64,000 bases of DNA from Podarcis liolepis (GCA_965112155.1 OZ218098.1); one strand, 5' to 3'. Counted from the stretch's first letter, positions 1-14,228 are shown. A program made the numbers and translations. The notes: generated by a model from the sequence alone, not told the origin.

Positions 1-459
1 GCAGAATGTCCCAGTTTAGGGGACAGAGTGTTGTGGTTGGACGTGGTTAGTGGATTCTGGACCCCCATGCGTGTTTACTGAGGAGTAAATGTGTTGAATT
101 TAGTGAGGCTTATTCCCAAGTAAATGCACACCGTCATAAACACTGGTTTACCTCACAGGGTTGCTGTGAAGATTTGTTATTCCCTTTTTCATAAAATTTG
201 CATGCCTCTTGTTTCTTTAACCCCTCCCCTTCTGAATCCTATGTAAGGCTTCAACATTTTATTTTTTTGTTACGTTTTTAACCTAGTACTCCTCTAAAGT
301 GCGCTATATGCCGCCGCCCCTCTTTATGCTCAACAACCCTGTGAGGTAGGGTAGGCCGGTGGTGGCTAGCCCAAGATTGTTCAGCTAACTTGGTGTTTGA
401 GTATAAGGGAGTCATTGGAGCACCCCACAATTGCCTAACTTTGGCTTCTATAGATTCAG

Positions 460-829
460 GTTGGGGGTCACAAGCAAGAGGCTTTAGCCAGGAGATCGAA
501 GGAAAGCAGCAGCCAGTAGGCCTGATCTTTATTGTTGCAACAAGACTGCCACATGGAAGAAGCAGAGAGAAGTCCCAAACAAAGGTGGCTCCCTGTTTTT
601 AGAAGTTTCCCAACTTACCCATAACACCCTTAGTAAAGCATCATACATTTGTCATCACTGTGTCATAAATTGGGAGGGGTCTTCTGTCAGAAGCCTGAGC
701 ACCAGGCTTACCCTGTCCTCACATGACCCCCACCTTCCAATCTTTAGGCGAAACAAAGGTAAGTATTTACATTTTCCTGTTTTCCCAGACAAGTTAAGCA
801 CACCCTTTGTCTTGACCAAGACCCCAATC
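460..829 (-). mobile_element. Possible degenerate solo LTR or inverted-end element
   Basis: Ends TTGGGGGTC and GACCCCAA are near-inverted, and there is an AATAAA on the minus strand near 530. No TSD. Confidence 0.3.
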
Positions 830-2785
830 CACTAAGGTTGTGTTTGGGATTGTTCTTAGAATGACTACCTGTTCTGGTACTCAGGTGCCAGGATGCTAGA
901 GATTATCACCCAAGCAGTGGGACACACTGAGTAGGGGGTCTCACCCTTCAGGGATTATGGCTGCCCCTACCCATTTCCGAAGTTCCTCCTCTGCTAGCCA
1001 TTTTCCTTCTGAGTAGAACAATGTTGGAATGGTGTAAATCTGTCATTGCAATGATTTTATATGAATTTCTAAAGTTTTCCATTGACCTAATACATAGATA
1101 CATTTATCAGTGAATTGCTACATTTGGTAGCAGAGTCTCTTTGCCTTTGGCTCCTAGTATGGAGAGGCAAGGCTTGTGGTGGTGGTGGGAAAGATCTCTC
1201 ACCCCCCTTCCAATTTCCCGGTACCATAAGAGTTTGGATTTGAATGCATATTTTCTCCCACTAAGTTCACTACACCAGCCACCCACAAGACATGAAGGAG
1301 AATTAATTTTACTACCACTATGGATGATGATGATAATGATGATAAAAATAATTTCATTTCCTCAGTTCTCAAATATGAATATGAGAAGGGGGGCACTCCA
1401 TATAATGTCCAAGTAATCCCTCTGGCTTAGAATAAAACTAAGGTGGTATTTCTGGAACCTGATGTGTTTCTCATAACTTGTACCAGTCTGTGACTCTTGA
1501 TGAGACCCATATTCCTAGAACATCCTATCCCTTTGTGAGGTGGCACAGAATGTGGTGACATCAAAGGTGATATAGCTCTGGTGTGGCAAAGATATGCACC
1601 ATCCTGCGGGTATACAAATGACTCCTGCTGCTGACTGGACACAGTAATGCAAAGGCCCAGTAAGTAAAAGGTTCTTTAGATGATAGGTGAGTTCTTGTAA
1701 GTTGGATGTATTCTATTTAAAATACATATTAAAATGTCATACACAAAACAAATCTATAATATTAATCATATAAAATGTACCACAGTTGTTCATAGAGTAG
1801 TGTAACAAACAGGTAATACTATCTTTATTTTTCAGTAGAATATATCCAAAATAATATTAAATCATAGATGACACTTACTCTTGTATGTTTTCTTCAGGTT
1901 TAATTCTGGGACTGTGCTTTTTATGCATTCACTGGACTCTGATATTCATGCTCTACTATGTTAATAAGTATTGTACATCATGCCAAATTTAAACACAGCT
2001 TTTAAACCACAAACATGCCACAAACCCAAAATTAACCACAGTCAAGTGATAAGGAGTCAAACCCATTGACAGCATTCCTTAACTGCATTGCCTGCTGCCT
2101 AAATATGTGATGTGTTGGATAGAACAGAAAAGCATTCAGTTAGTAGCCAAGGTTTTGTTTGTGCCCGTATTTGGGACTGGGCAAGAATCCTCCTCATGCC
2201 AGTCAGGTTGGTAAGGACCCTAGGAGATTTGGGATTTCCCTTGTAGTGTGTAGCTCAACCCATTTGTGTAAGTCTTTTCAAACTGTTATCCCTGCATGCA
2301 CCTTTCTGCAGTGCACTTGCTCCCTTTTTCTTGGCAAATTATATAATATAGTCTGGAACTGTGAGGGGTTGGTGGTTGAATAGTTTTACACTGGGGAAGG
2401 TGCAGACTGGCAGGCTTTTCAGTCCTCTTGACCTCTATAATTTTATCATCGGTTACTTGAGTTTCTCTTAGGATTCTGTTTTGGGGAGTTCACTGACAGA
2501 GCTAGCTTTGCCCACAGAATCTCCCAGGTTTAGTTCCTTGTGACTTCACTTAAATGGGTTTCAAGAAGCAGGGCTGAGAAAGACTACTGTCTTTCCAAGA
2601 CTATAAAGATGCTATAGAGTAAACAATTTCTGGACTGGATGACCAGTGGTCTGACTTTGTATTATAAGATACTATATGGCTGAGCATCTCATTCCTATAG
2701 AAAGGGATCAATTTATGCCAGTGGGGTACACAGAGCAAGGAAGAGAGGCCTCTAACATTAATTGTAGTTAGGAGAAATTGCAATC

Positions 2786-3297
2786 TGTTTTAGTTTCGTT
2801 ATGAGTTTGGAAGTGGGTAGGCTGTATGCATGGATTCAGTTGCTGAAATAGCCAGGCCAGCATGGTAATGGCCTTCTAAGTAAGAGTCCTTCAGGGAGCA
2901 AAGGGAGTGGCTCTGTGCCAGAGGGCAAATGGGTGGGCCTTCCTTCCCTGGTTGGAAAGACAAAAGGACAGAGTTGAGGGTTGAGTTATGTGAACTAGAA
3001 GCTGGAGCCAAAAACAGTGGGTTGGAAAGCCAGAGAGAGCGAGAGAGCGCCAGGCCTGATTTCTGCTGGAATCTAAGGCTGTGGCTATGAGACAAGCAAG
3101 GCCTTCTAGGGGTGTTAATGCTGTGAACCCTTCCATTGTAGGCTCAGGTTGTATATATGTGTAGATAAACCATATATCCTAAAGACACTGCAGTCTCCAC
3201 TGTGCCTCATTCCCAAAGGAAACACAAACCCAGGGTAAATGAACCCCTAGAACCCCTGGAATCTTGCACTGCTCAGAAACTAGGGTGGTGTGCAACA
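2786..3297 (+). mobile_element. Possible solo LTR
   Basis: About 510 bp bounded by TGTT...AACA with internal TATA-like and poly(A)-like segments. No TSD found. Confidence 0.4.
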
Positions 3298-3852
3298 GTA
3301 TTAAATGTGGGAGCAGGAAGGCACCAAGGAAGCAATGATTATAACAAACAAACCAAAAAGTAAAGGAGACTAATGGAGCACCATCTTGCAGCTTCTCTCA
3401 GAAAGAAAAATAAGCACTGATTAATGATAGTGGATTAAATGTCAAAGTGCAATTTAATTGAACAGCTGGAAGTTAAAACCGGATACATCCATATTAGAAG
3501 ACAGATCCCAGGATTTAGCAGACTGTGCAGATTAATCATTGCAACAAGCTGCTGGTGGAAGGGAAGAATGTAAATTTTCCATTACTCATAGCCTTCAGAC
3601 CAAACAGATTATTTGATTATTTGTAATGTAATAGCCCCCCAGTATTACCATAGATTACAACATTCCTTAAATTATCTGAGGGAGGTCAGACTAGATGTTC
3701 TCACTTATTCTTTTGCTGTTGTAGACTAGATAGGCATGTCAGGTCCTTGACTAATCACTGCATTTGGTGTAGCTCATTTGGATACTTAATTTAACTTACA
3801 AAAAATGTCCACATTTTGTCTATATGTATAAAGGAGAATTAAAGTCCCCTGA

Positions 3853-4020
3853 GGCTGCATACATACCATATATTAAAAGCATCTGACTTTCCCCAAAGAA
3901 TTATGGGAACTGTAGTTTGTCCCTTGTGTAGTTACAATTCCCAGCACCCTTAACAAACTACAGTTCTCAAGATTCTTCGGGAAAAGTAACATACTTTCAA
4001 TGCATGGTGTGTACAGAGCC
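3853..4020. mobile_element. Palindromic MITE; related sequence near 55147-55300
   Basis: Internal inverted arms GAACTGTAGTTTG / CAAACTACAGTTC and degenerate termini GGCTGCATAC / GTACAGAGCC. Confidence 0.55.
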
Positions 4021-4514
4021 GTAGAAACCTGCATCCTTTGTGCCATTACCAAAACAACAAGATTGATGCTTTTGATCCAGTGGTAGACAGCTGTGCAGTG
4101 CAGTGCCAACTCTGCTGTCTCTCTCCTTCTATCCACTATATAACCTTGAGCAGCACAAACTACCGTTTCTGATGATTTGAAGAAGTTTATGTTTCTCATA
4201 CTTCTGTAAATTTGAGTACGGGAAACCAACTCTGTGTTCCAGTTCCTCTGTGCTGCTTCATAATTCTCTCCCCGGGATTTGGAGGGAGTTTTGTGCCTCA
4301 TAATTTCCTCCTCTGATTTATAGTCACTGACTCTGTATATAGTTGCTGGAACATTGCCTCCTCGTTTCCGCCTCTCTGTTCAAATAAGGCTTGTCTTTAC
4401 TTACTTCCCTCCTCACAGGGACCAACGGGAGGAAGCACCAGGCCTGCCCACTAGCTTGTCATGTGATGACTCCTTGTGACTCTCTTGTCCCGGGCTGAAG
4501 CTGTAACCAAAGAG

Positions 4515-5109
4515 ATGGAGCTGCTGCTGTGTGTTTTGATGGTGGTGTTGGGAGGCCTGCAACTCCAGGTAAGCAACAAGAAAGAGAACTGCAAGAGGGT
4601 GTTTCTATGGAAGAAACAGCTGAGATGGAACCATCTTAGACTGCCTAGGGGAATTTCAAGGATTTCCTTTTCTGTTGCTTTAGATTCCCCACTTTCTCTC
4701 CCCCCAGTCAAACTGAGCTCAAGCTTTTCCTTACCTCTTCTTGGTTCCTTTCCCCCATCTATTATTTTGCCTGTTGTATAGGAATGGGTTCATATTGGGA
4801 GTTCCCCAATACGTAATCAAGCCATGCTGCTTTAAAAAAAATCCCATTCAGCCAAGAAAATGGCCGCAAGGGAGAGAGAAACTGGCTACATTCCCAACTG
4901 TCAGATTCTCGGTGAATTGGCCAGTAACGATGAACAGTCTGTACTAGTGGAAACAATTTCAGGGGCAGGACAAGGTAAGGCAAACCAAATGACAAAAACT
5001 TTTTTTTTGTGTGTGAATATTTGCAGAGGGTAAAGCATAGCATTGGAAGCAGAGATTTGAGTGGCTTCAAATTATGATTTAGTAAATGGGCCACATGTGA
5101 ACCAGTGAT

Positions 5110-5146
<37 letters not shown>

Positions 5147-6427
5147 GGAGTCCTGGAGGGAGTGGCTCAGACTTGAACCTCAGGTGCAAATCTTGACTGG
5201 GATCTTAGAATTGATCTTCCAGGAGCTGGAGAGGGATAATGTCTCATAAATCTAGGAGGATTATTTTCAAAGCAATCACATTGCAGACTTACCCACAAAA
5301 CAGTCCGTGTCAAGCTTACTACCCTGGTTCCATAGTCAGGGAGATGACGTAAATATCTCTTGCTATGGCAGAGGGGAAGAGGATGGCATTCTCTATTTGA
5401 TCCTCCCAGCAGGAGATGGGATGAAGTTTCAATTTTATACAAAAAATAATAATACTCTCTTTCTCCTCCTGTCCTGAATGCCAGGCCTCCTCAACAGACC
5501 GTTCCTTCCGCATTGATTATGTGAATAACTGCTTCCTCAAAGATGGTGCTAGATTTCGCTATATCTCAGGCAGCATCCATTACTTCCGGGTCCCACCTGC
5601 CTATTGGAAAGATCGGCTCCTCAAGATGTACATGAGTGGCCTCAATGCTGTGCAAATGTAAGTGACCAGAAGGGGAAGTGTGGCTCTTGGGACTTATTCT
5701 GTGCCACAGTGAAGGACAAAGGCTAATGACTGTGCACAGGTGCTCCATTTTTCTCACTGTACAGTCCTCACTGCAGACTCTGGTCAACATTTAGAGCAGA
5801 GAAGCTTATGCAGTCTGAAGGTGGAGCTGGCCCAAGTACTGAAGGTTCCTTGCATTGAAAACGTGCAGCCAAGATGACATGATACATGAGCCTGGTCCAG
5901 TACAGCTTTCTTTTAAAATGGAATCACCTCCACTTTCATCCCAACCTGAAAGCTAAGGGAGAAATATTTCTGTTCATGCCCCCTCTTCTCCTCGTTATAT
6001 TTAAATGTTTGGCCATACTAGACTGAGAACCAGTTGTAGATGAACTGCAAAGAAGGAAGATGGGTAGTATTTGTGGCACCTATAATAATTACATCACAGA
6101 GGAAATGTCAGTGGGGGTAGCTTATTATGCAAACTCTACCAACTGAAATTCCCTCTTCTGCACAACTATTAAAGGTTCAAGAGCTGTGTCCTCTTTTAGA
6201 TCTGGTCAGCCTAGGCCATATGTGTGTGCCCTGGCGGAGGAAGAGGATTGTGGGGGGAGCGCACTGCCCCCGGCAGCGTGATCTCGGTGGGGTGCCATCA
6301 TGGCTGCTCCCCTGCCTCCGCTGGGTGCCACACCCCCAGAGGTGGCATACCACGCCCCCAGGATGCGTTCCAGCCCCGCCCCCGCCTGCTCTCTGTCCCT
6401 CGGTGCCAGAGCATGAAGCTCCGCCAC

Positions 6428-6469
<42 letters not shown>

Positions 6470-9400
6470 GTATTTAATTTGTATACCAGCCTTCGTTTGT
6501 ATATCTCAGAGCAATTCACAACATAAAATTACAATATAAAAAGAGTAACAAATTCTTGCCCTGTTAATCCTCAAGAATCTCCTGGGGTGTATCCTCCTTG
6601 TCTCACCTTCTTATTTCAAACTGAAATATGTATTTTCACCCTTCAGCTATGTGCCCTGGAACTACCATGAGCCACAGCCTGGTGTCTACAACTTTTCTGG
6701 TGACAGAGACTTGGAAAAATTTCTGAACTTGGTAGCTGAGTTAGACCTTTTGGTGATCTTGCGACCCGGACCCTACATCTGTGCTGAATGGGAGATGGTG
6801 AGTGCTGGGCAAAAGATTCAGATGGGCTAAGACTCACTTGCAGTACCTGAATGCTGCACAATTCACCTCTCTCATACACAGGGTTGCTAGTCATTGATCA
6901 TTTTATCCTCTTTAACTCCTTACCTTGCCTTATCTCTCTGAGTTTTCAGCTTTGTCTTACCTTTATAGATTTTTAATCTTCTACTTTTTCTCTACATTAT
7001 CTTTCCCAGTTCTTGATCTCTACACATTTTCTTGCTCTTATGGCTTCAGCAACTTTTTTATGATAACAAATCTGAAACCTACTTTTTCCACCCTGGATTC
7101 TTGCCTTCTGACCTTTCCACCATTTCTTATTGATTTGGAGCAGGAGAGGAGCAACTATGGACCCTGACATTATTTGAACTGTTTACCTCTTGACCTTCTT
7201 TCCTAGGGTGGCCTTCCATCCTGGCTGTTGACAAAGCCAGATATTGCCCTGCGCACAACTGACTCAGGTAAGATAGAACTAGAGGGAGGGGTCAGACCCT
7301 CTGGATCTCATGTTCAATTCTGTAGATTTATTTATTTCATTAAAATTTATATACCGCTTGACTGTAGAAAACCTCAGAATGCAAAAAGATCAGGGGTGGG
7401 GAACCTGTGGCTCTCCAGATGCTTTTAGATTCCATTTCCCATCCACCCCAGCCATCATTGTTCAGGAATGATCGGAATTATAATCCACAAGATCTGGAGG
7501 GTTGTAAGTCCTAAATGGTTGGTGTCTTTGTGTGGTTAGAGGACCAGTCATCTGGGCCTTCCAACTTCCATGTCTCTTCCACAGAATTAAAGCAGCCCAT
7601 GTGAGTGGTATATAATGGCCAAAGGGCACTTTCAGACCTTTTCTCTGTACACAGTACCACAATTACCAATTCTTGTCTTAGCAAGGTGTTGGAAATAGGG
7701 AAAAGGAGCCCCAGTTGTTGGCTGAGCAAGATGATTCATGCTCCTAGATTACCTGCAAGCTGTGGACAGATGGTTGGGAGTCCTGCTGCCCAAGATCAAG
7801 CCTCATCTCTACCACAATGGAGGCAACATCATCAGTGTCCAGGTGCGTGCAGCATAGGCGCATTGTGTGTCCCTGGGCCTCTGGTTGCACCTTCAGAGGT
7901 TCCCTGATGTGAAACATGTACCTTACTGAGCCCTAAGTAACTTACTATCGGAGTGCAAGTATATAGCTTTTACACCAGGCTCTACTTGGTGGATCTCAAT
8001 ATTTCAGTTAAAAACAAAGACAGAAGACTGCTCACCCCTGCCTTAAACCACTGCTTTGTGCCTGCCTCCCCCTGTCCAGTAGGAGGGATTTGTAAACAAT
8101 AAAGCCCTTCAGGCACCCTTGGAACTTTCAAGAACAGTATTTTTTCCTCCTTTACAAAGAGCGGAGGTGCACCTATTTGGGTGACCAGCCTCCCGTGCAA
8201 ATTGGGTTGGGCATCATCCTGCAGATCTAGTGCTTGACAAGAGAGGCTCTATACAAAGACTTACCACACACCTTTTTCTTTAGGCAGGGTGTGGGCTCTG
8301 AGTCACCTTTCTTTAATGCCAGCTGTTCCCCAGGCAGGTGGAGAATGAATATGGGAGCTACTATGCCTGCGACTATAACTACATGCGCCACCTACTGGGT
8401 GTCTTTCGTGCTTCCCTGGGTGAGGAAGTTGTGCTCTTCACCACGGATGGCACCTCAGCATCTGAGCTCAAGTGCGGGACACTGCAGGGCTTATATGCTA
8501 CGGTGGACTTTGGACCAGGTAGAGTGATGTTGGGTGAGCTCTGATGAGATTGGAAGGAGGTAGGAAGGAATCTTGCTTTGACTTCTGCTCCTTTCTTTGC
8601 CCTTTGACAGAAGAAAACGTGACGGAGGCATTTATGCTACAGCGACTGTATGAGCCAAAGGGACCACTGGTGAGAACATATGGCCTTTCCATGTAGAAGA
8701 ATGGCATCTTATGCCTCAAATTATGCTTACTCCTTCCTTGGCACCCATCTCCAAAAATAATCTGGCTGCATCTTAACTGAGCCATCTTCTGTTTTATTTC
8801 CACCCCTTATACTTGACTGCCATGATCCTTCTGTAGCAGTTTCCAAGGCAGCCAGAGAGTCATGCATGTGAAATCCTCACTTGCCCCAGCAGTTACTGAG
8901 CTATGAGACCAAAGAGCTTGTAGTCCAATGCTTTCAGGAGCCTCTTGATAGGCTATGAGCTAGCCTGTCTTCTTTGCATGAAAGCAAATTATTCCAGAGC
9001 CATAATCCCATTGCTGTGGACCTTATCACACAAAAATTGGTTGGAAGTTGCATATTGCCCAGTGTTGCAGTGTAAGCTACAGTCACACCACATAGACTGT
9101 CCTGGGCATTATAGGTGTGAGGTCTGGTACAATGAGATTCCAACACAGAGGAGGGAGCAAACTTGGTATTTCCTATTCCCAGTACTTTGGCAGAAGTGAT
9201 GGTATTGACCTGACTGCTACTGCTCCATAAATGTTTTAATTCTGCCTTCCTCCTAGGTGAATTCTGAGTTCTACACTGGCTGGCTGGATTACTGGGGTGA
9301 GGCACACTCCACAAAAAGTGCTAAGAAAGTGGCTAACAGCCTACAGAAGATTCTAGAAATGGGAGCCAACGTCAACATGTAACCGTGAGGCCATAGGGGA

Positions 9401-12400
9401 GAGTGGGCAGTGGGGCACAAGAAACAAGAGCTAGCACCAAGATGCCAATGCGTAGCTCCTTGCTTCATCTTGTTAACTGTGAACCTCTCATTTTGCCTTA
9501 GAGGTGTGTGCGCACCACATTTTCACGTCTTTTTGGCCATTTCCCTAGCGGACAAAAAATCCCTCGCAGAACAAGAGTCAGGTGCATGGTCTTAGACAGT
9601 GCCCTAGGCCAAAGACTAGCACACCTATTCCAAAGCATTCCCCAACTGCTGCACCACATTAGTTCACATCTATTTGTTTCATATTCCACTGCCTGTCATT
9701 AACTCTTCCCATGATATCTGACTTTCTTCCAGGTATATGTTCCAAGGTGGCACCAACTTTGGTTACTGGAGTGGTGAGTTTCTGGCTTCTTAGGGCAACT
9801 AGGGAGACTTAGCTTCTGGCCAGGTGATGGAGGTGTTGGGGGGCACATAAGAGGTGCTTTCTTCTCACACCTTCTCTATCCAGGTGCTGATTACAAGGAT
9901 GGTTACAAACCCATAACTACTAGCTATGACTATGATGCACCACTCTCAGAGGCTGGAGACCCTACTGACAAGCTGTATATCATCCGCTCAGTCATTAGCA
10001 AGGTAACAATACAGCCCTCTTCTATCAGTGGGTGGAATGCAGTTACTGAAGACATTTTCGATTGCCCAGGTTTTTGGTTCTTAACATATATATTTCTATG
10101 GGTATGATTTATGACCTATTTTTGGTGCTAATCTTTTAATGAGGTGGAATCCTTTTTATTATTGCTTTTGGAAAAATATCTTAATACATTTTTATGCATA
10201 TTTATTCTGTGTTTTTAAATGGTTGGCAAGTTGTTTGGTATTTTGAAATATTTTGTATATTGTTTTGAGACATTTTTGTAGAAAGTGATGAATCAATGCA
10301 ATAAATAAAATAAGCAGCCACCAGCCAAGCAGCAGATTTGAGGAGGAAGAGGGAACAAGTGTTTGAGAGACTGTGTGTGTGTGTGTGTGTGTGTGCGCGC
10401 GCACACACACACACATGTGCATGTAAGAGGTTCTAACAGTATAGCATCTTTACACAAAAGGAAGTCCTACTCAGTGGGGCTTGTTCCCTGTTGCATCCAT
10501 GCCATACATGGTTTGGAAGTTGTAGATGATGTACTTTAACACAGGCACAGAAATACAAGGTGCTTTTAGTTTTCATTATTTAATCCTACCCTTTCTCTAA
10601 GCTCTGGGTAGCTTTGCAAGGTTCTCCTACCCCCTTTATCCTCACAAGATACTGGTGAAATGAGTTAGCCTGAGTGATTGGTCTGCTGGTGTACTGCTTC
10701 TGACAGCAAAATGTTTTGAGCTGGCTTGCTTCCCCAACTACCAGCCCAACTCCCTTGATATGGTGTTTTCTTTTTTAAAACTTCAGTTTCAGGAGCTGCC
10801 CGCAGGACCAATGCCACCCCCTACCCCGAAGTTTGCATATGGCTATGTCTCCGTACCCCAGGTGAGTGAGAGCTGGAAGCCATTCCCTTACAAGTGCATG
10901 TCTTTGGTTGGATGGTGGAGTGACTTTGCTCTCTTGTGGGCACCTTCCTGAACATTCAGTGTGTTTCAGCTGAGGTGCAAGTTGGTAAGGCAGAAAAGCA
11001 AACTGGGGAGAAGTCTGAAGGAAGTGAAATGGGAGCTGGTGGAAAGCAGAGGAGCCTCTGTGATGATTGTATATGAGAGACTGCACATGTAAAGATAGGT
11101 ACAGGGCCTTCTTGGTGGTGGCACAACAGACTCATTTTTAGATTGTGCTTAAAGTGGTTTTTATTTCTGAAAGCATTTTATGATTGACTCTACAATCTTT
11201 ATTTGTTTTCTCCTGGTTTTAGTGTTGCTGTATCCTTAGCTTTGGGGTGATAAGAAAATTAACAATAGCCATTTGGGTGGGTTGGGGGAAGCATACTTGA
11301 ATAATTGAACAATTTAAAGGCAATAAATGAACCCATCATCTTTTCTGTAGCGTGTGGCCTTGCTGGATGTTCTTGCCATTCTCTCGCCTTCCTTGCCGTC
11401 CTATTCCTCCTATCCTATTACCTTTGAAGCTCTGAAGCAGGTAAGAAAGTAGATTAAGGGTCTGGGTCAGCAAAGGCCCATGGCTATTTCTGCTTAAGAG
11501 TCCCCAGTGGGATTGCAGTTGACACCTCTTGCGGATTCTGTTCTGCATTCCAGGCCCATGGCTTCATGCTCTACCGGACCCTTCTACCACAGGAAATCGT
11601 GGAGTCTGCCTTGCTCAGTGCCTCTGGGAATGGGGTCCATGATCTTGCCTACGTTCTGCTCAATGGAGTAAGGTGGAGAGTGGGGACCTTCCTAGTGGGT
11701 AGGGAAGATTATTACTTAGGTAAACGGAAGGGTATAACAAGTCCTAGGCCCACACTCTGGTTCACTGCATTTTCATAGGATGGGTCAGAGCCTGGAGCAC
11801 ACAGGAGCTTTGCTTCAGCTCTGTCTTGGAGCACCAGCTAACCTTATTTCTTTCCTGCTTCAGGAGTACCAGGGGACACTGGAAAGAGACAGAGTGAATG
11901 GGATCAATATATCGGGCCAGCTTGGGGACACATTGGACTTGGTGGTGGAGAGCATGGGTCGCATCAACTTTGGGGCCAATGACAGTGACTTTAAGGTGCA
12001 TTTGAAAAGGGAGCCTGGGGCTACTACTGCCAGAATAGTTGGCTGAAGGATAACACTTCCACTATTGTCCATTGGAGGCATGCGTGGTTGGCATGGACTT
12101 AAAGGCTGCTGTCTCATACGCATACGGGAATAACTATGGAATTCAAGCTGTAATACTGTACAATCACAATCATCACATTACTATGGCAACCACAGGAAGA
12201 AAAGTCATTAAGTGGTCCACCAAGGCACTCGGCAATTTTCAAGTGGTCTGTGGGGAACCACTGGACTAGAGTCTAATGAAATAAGTGAGGGCCTTCTCTG
12301 CGTTTTGGAATGTTGTATTGTGCTGCCTTAGGAAATGGGCTACAGTAGAGCTGAAGTGGGGCAGTCCCACTTTTTAGCCGCTGCAAGATCTGATGTGACT

Positions 12401-13901
12401 TAAGTCAATAATGTGAATGGCAAAATAGATCTAAGAATGAACACTCAGGGGTGTTGGGGTGCACTGCTGTGCTGGTTATTTGCCAGCTATCTACTCCAAC
12501 ATTTCCTCTTGTGGGTGCTTTTCTAACTTTATTCTCGACTGCACCTAACCTGCCTCTAACTTATCTTTGTGCCCAGGGTCTGATCCACAATATCACACTG
12601 GGTACCTCCATACTCAGTGACTGGATCATCTACCCCCTAGACATAGACACAGCTGTAGCCCATGCATGGCCGCCAACTGCCCAGCCAAGCAGTGGGCACA
12701 CAGGACCTGCTTTCTATACAGGAACATTCACAACACCGGGCATCAGTGAGGACTCCTACTTGAAGCTCCCAGGTTGGACCAAGGTACTGCAATCCTCAGA
12801 TTAACTCCAATTTATTCAATTATTAAACTGATACCTGCCAGTATTCAAAACTCCCATTGTTCCTTTTGTGACAGGGAATTTCATTAGCGCAAGCAGTTTC
12901 TGCGCTCTGGGCGTAGTACTGCACCTAAAATTTCAGATTAGAACTGCAGAGTGGAAGGAAAGGGGGACCATTTTCTGCCTCCCCACTTCCAGCTATTCTC
13001 TGAAGACTGGCAAAGAGACCCTCTTAAGAATATTGGGGGCGGGGGCAGGGGGCTGGGAAGGAGTAGACCATGTTAAAAAATGAACATATTTTAGCTGCAG
13101 CTCATTCATTTTAAGCTTTGTATTCTTGTTATAAAAAAGGGTGCCTAGACATTCCGTTGTAGCACCCATAACCTAAGTTTAAGGTGCCATTTAGCTCCTA
13201 GCTTTCATCTCTGTTTCTAACACTAATACCCACCCTTCCTCCTATGGCATCATAATGAATAGACCAACCTTCATTGAGACAGCTATGTTCTTTCCCCCAG
13301 CTTTTCTGCTGTGTCTCGTTATGGGAAAATGGGCTCCTGCCACCCAAACAGCTAGTTGCCACTCTTACACATTGATAATCTTAAAACAGTGGCTGGAAAA
13401 AGTGTAATAGTATCAAACTAATGGTACATTAAATGTTAAGACCATGGAAATAAAGTCAGTCTATGCCCACCTACTCCCTAAGAAATTGTGCTTAAAATCA
13501 GTGCAACGTGTTTTGAAGGAAACATGTTTCCCACTGCACCCATCAGGCTGTGTTTGTTTCAAAAGATCTAGGCATAAATAACAGTAGATAAAAGTGGCTG
13601 TTGGAACCAAGAAGAGTAGTGTTTCAGGGTGCTCCAAAAAATGCATTGTTTTATAAAAAGCCCCTCTCACGTTTTCACCCAGGGTCAGGTCTGGATCAAT
13701 GGTTTCAATCTGGGCCGGTTCTGGCCAGTTCGTGGACCGCAGCAAACTCTCTATGTGCCTGGCTCATTCCTCAGTGGCTCAGCCATCAACACTCTCGTCG
13801 TTCTTGAACTGCAGGAAGCCCCAGATAATCCCAAAGTGCTTTTTGTTTCCCGCCCCCTTCTCAATGTTACCTACAACTACACCCGCAAAGACAGGAAGTG
13901 A
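4515..13901 (+). CDS. GLB1L: Beta-galactosidase-1-like protein (GH35), 630 aa; coding exons 4515-4568, 5485-5657, 6647-6797, 7207-7267, 7748-7842, 8338-8518, 8611-8669, 9257-9378, 9733-9773, 9884-10002, 10787-10861, 11351-11440, 11554-11667, 11864-11995, 12577-12783, 13683-13901
   Basis: GT-AG exons join in phase to 1893 nt. Signal peptide [14 protein letters not shown]; GH35 motifs [37 protein letters not shown] (acid/base Glu), [14 protein letters not shown] (nucleophile Glu), [33 protein letters not shown]. Called GLB1L rather than GLB1 because it is adjacent to ANKZF1/ATG9A. Confidence 0.93.
5111..5144. repeat. (AG)n microsatellite
   Basis: Read directly from the sequence. Confidence 0.95.
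6229..6429. mobile_element. hAT-type MITE inserted at a TG microsatellite
   Basis: Termini C..TGGCGGAG / CTCCGCCACTG; 8-bp flanks TGTGTGTG / TGTTTGTG. Confidence 0.65.
6434..6466. repeat. (TG)n microsatellite
   Basis: Read directly from the sequence. Confidence 0.95.
10372..10415. repeat. (TG)n(CG)n(CA)n self-complementary compound microsatellite
   Basis: Read directly from the sequence. Confidence 0.9.
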
Positions 13902-14189
13902 GAGGAATTACTGTCCAGCTACGACGTTGCTGAGATCTGCACGTGTTACTCCAAGGGGAAGACTGAAACCATCACAATGTAGCAGGCAAATGAATAGAGA
14001 GCACTGTCAGATGAAGGTCCTGTGCTTTTAAAGAGTAGCCCAGGCAAAAAACAAAACAAAACTAGAAACAGATTGTAAGTATAAAAAACCGTTCAGCGGA
14101 GTATCCTTCACAGCTGCTGCTGTATAGGGCACAGTACCATGGACAGACTCTTGGTGCCTTAATATGGTGTTTTAGGTACTGGATCTTGG

Positions 14190-14195
14190 ATTAAA
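14190..14195 (+). terminator. Candidate GLB1L poly(A) signal ATTAAA
   Basis: About 290 nt after the stop codon, followed by GU-rich sequence. Confidence 0.55.
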
Positions 14196-14228
14196 TATTC
14201 ATACACCTACCACAGTTGTGCATTGTAG

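Noticed and set aside
1-4400. Search for STK16 or other coding exons upstream of GLB1L
   Set aside because: No kinase motifs or CpG island seen, only repeats and AT-rich sequence.
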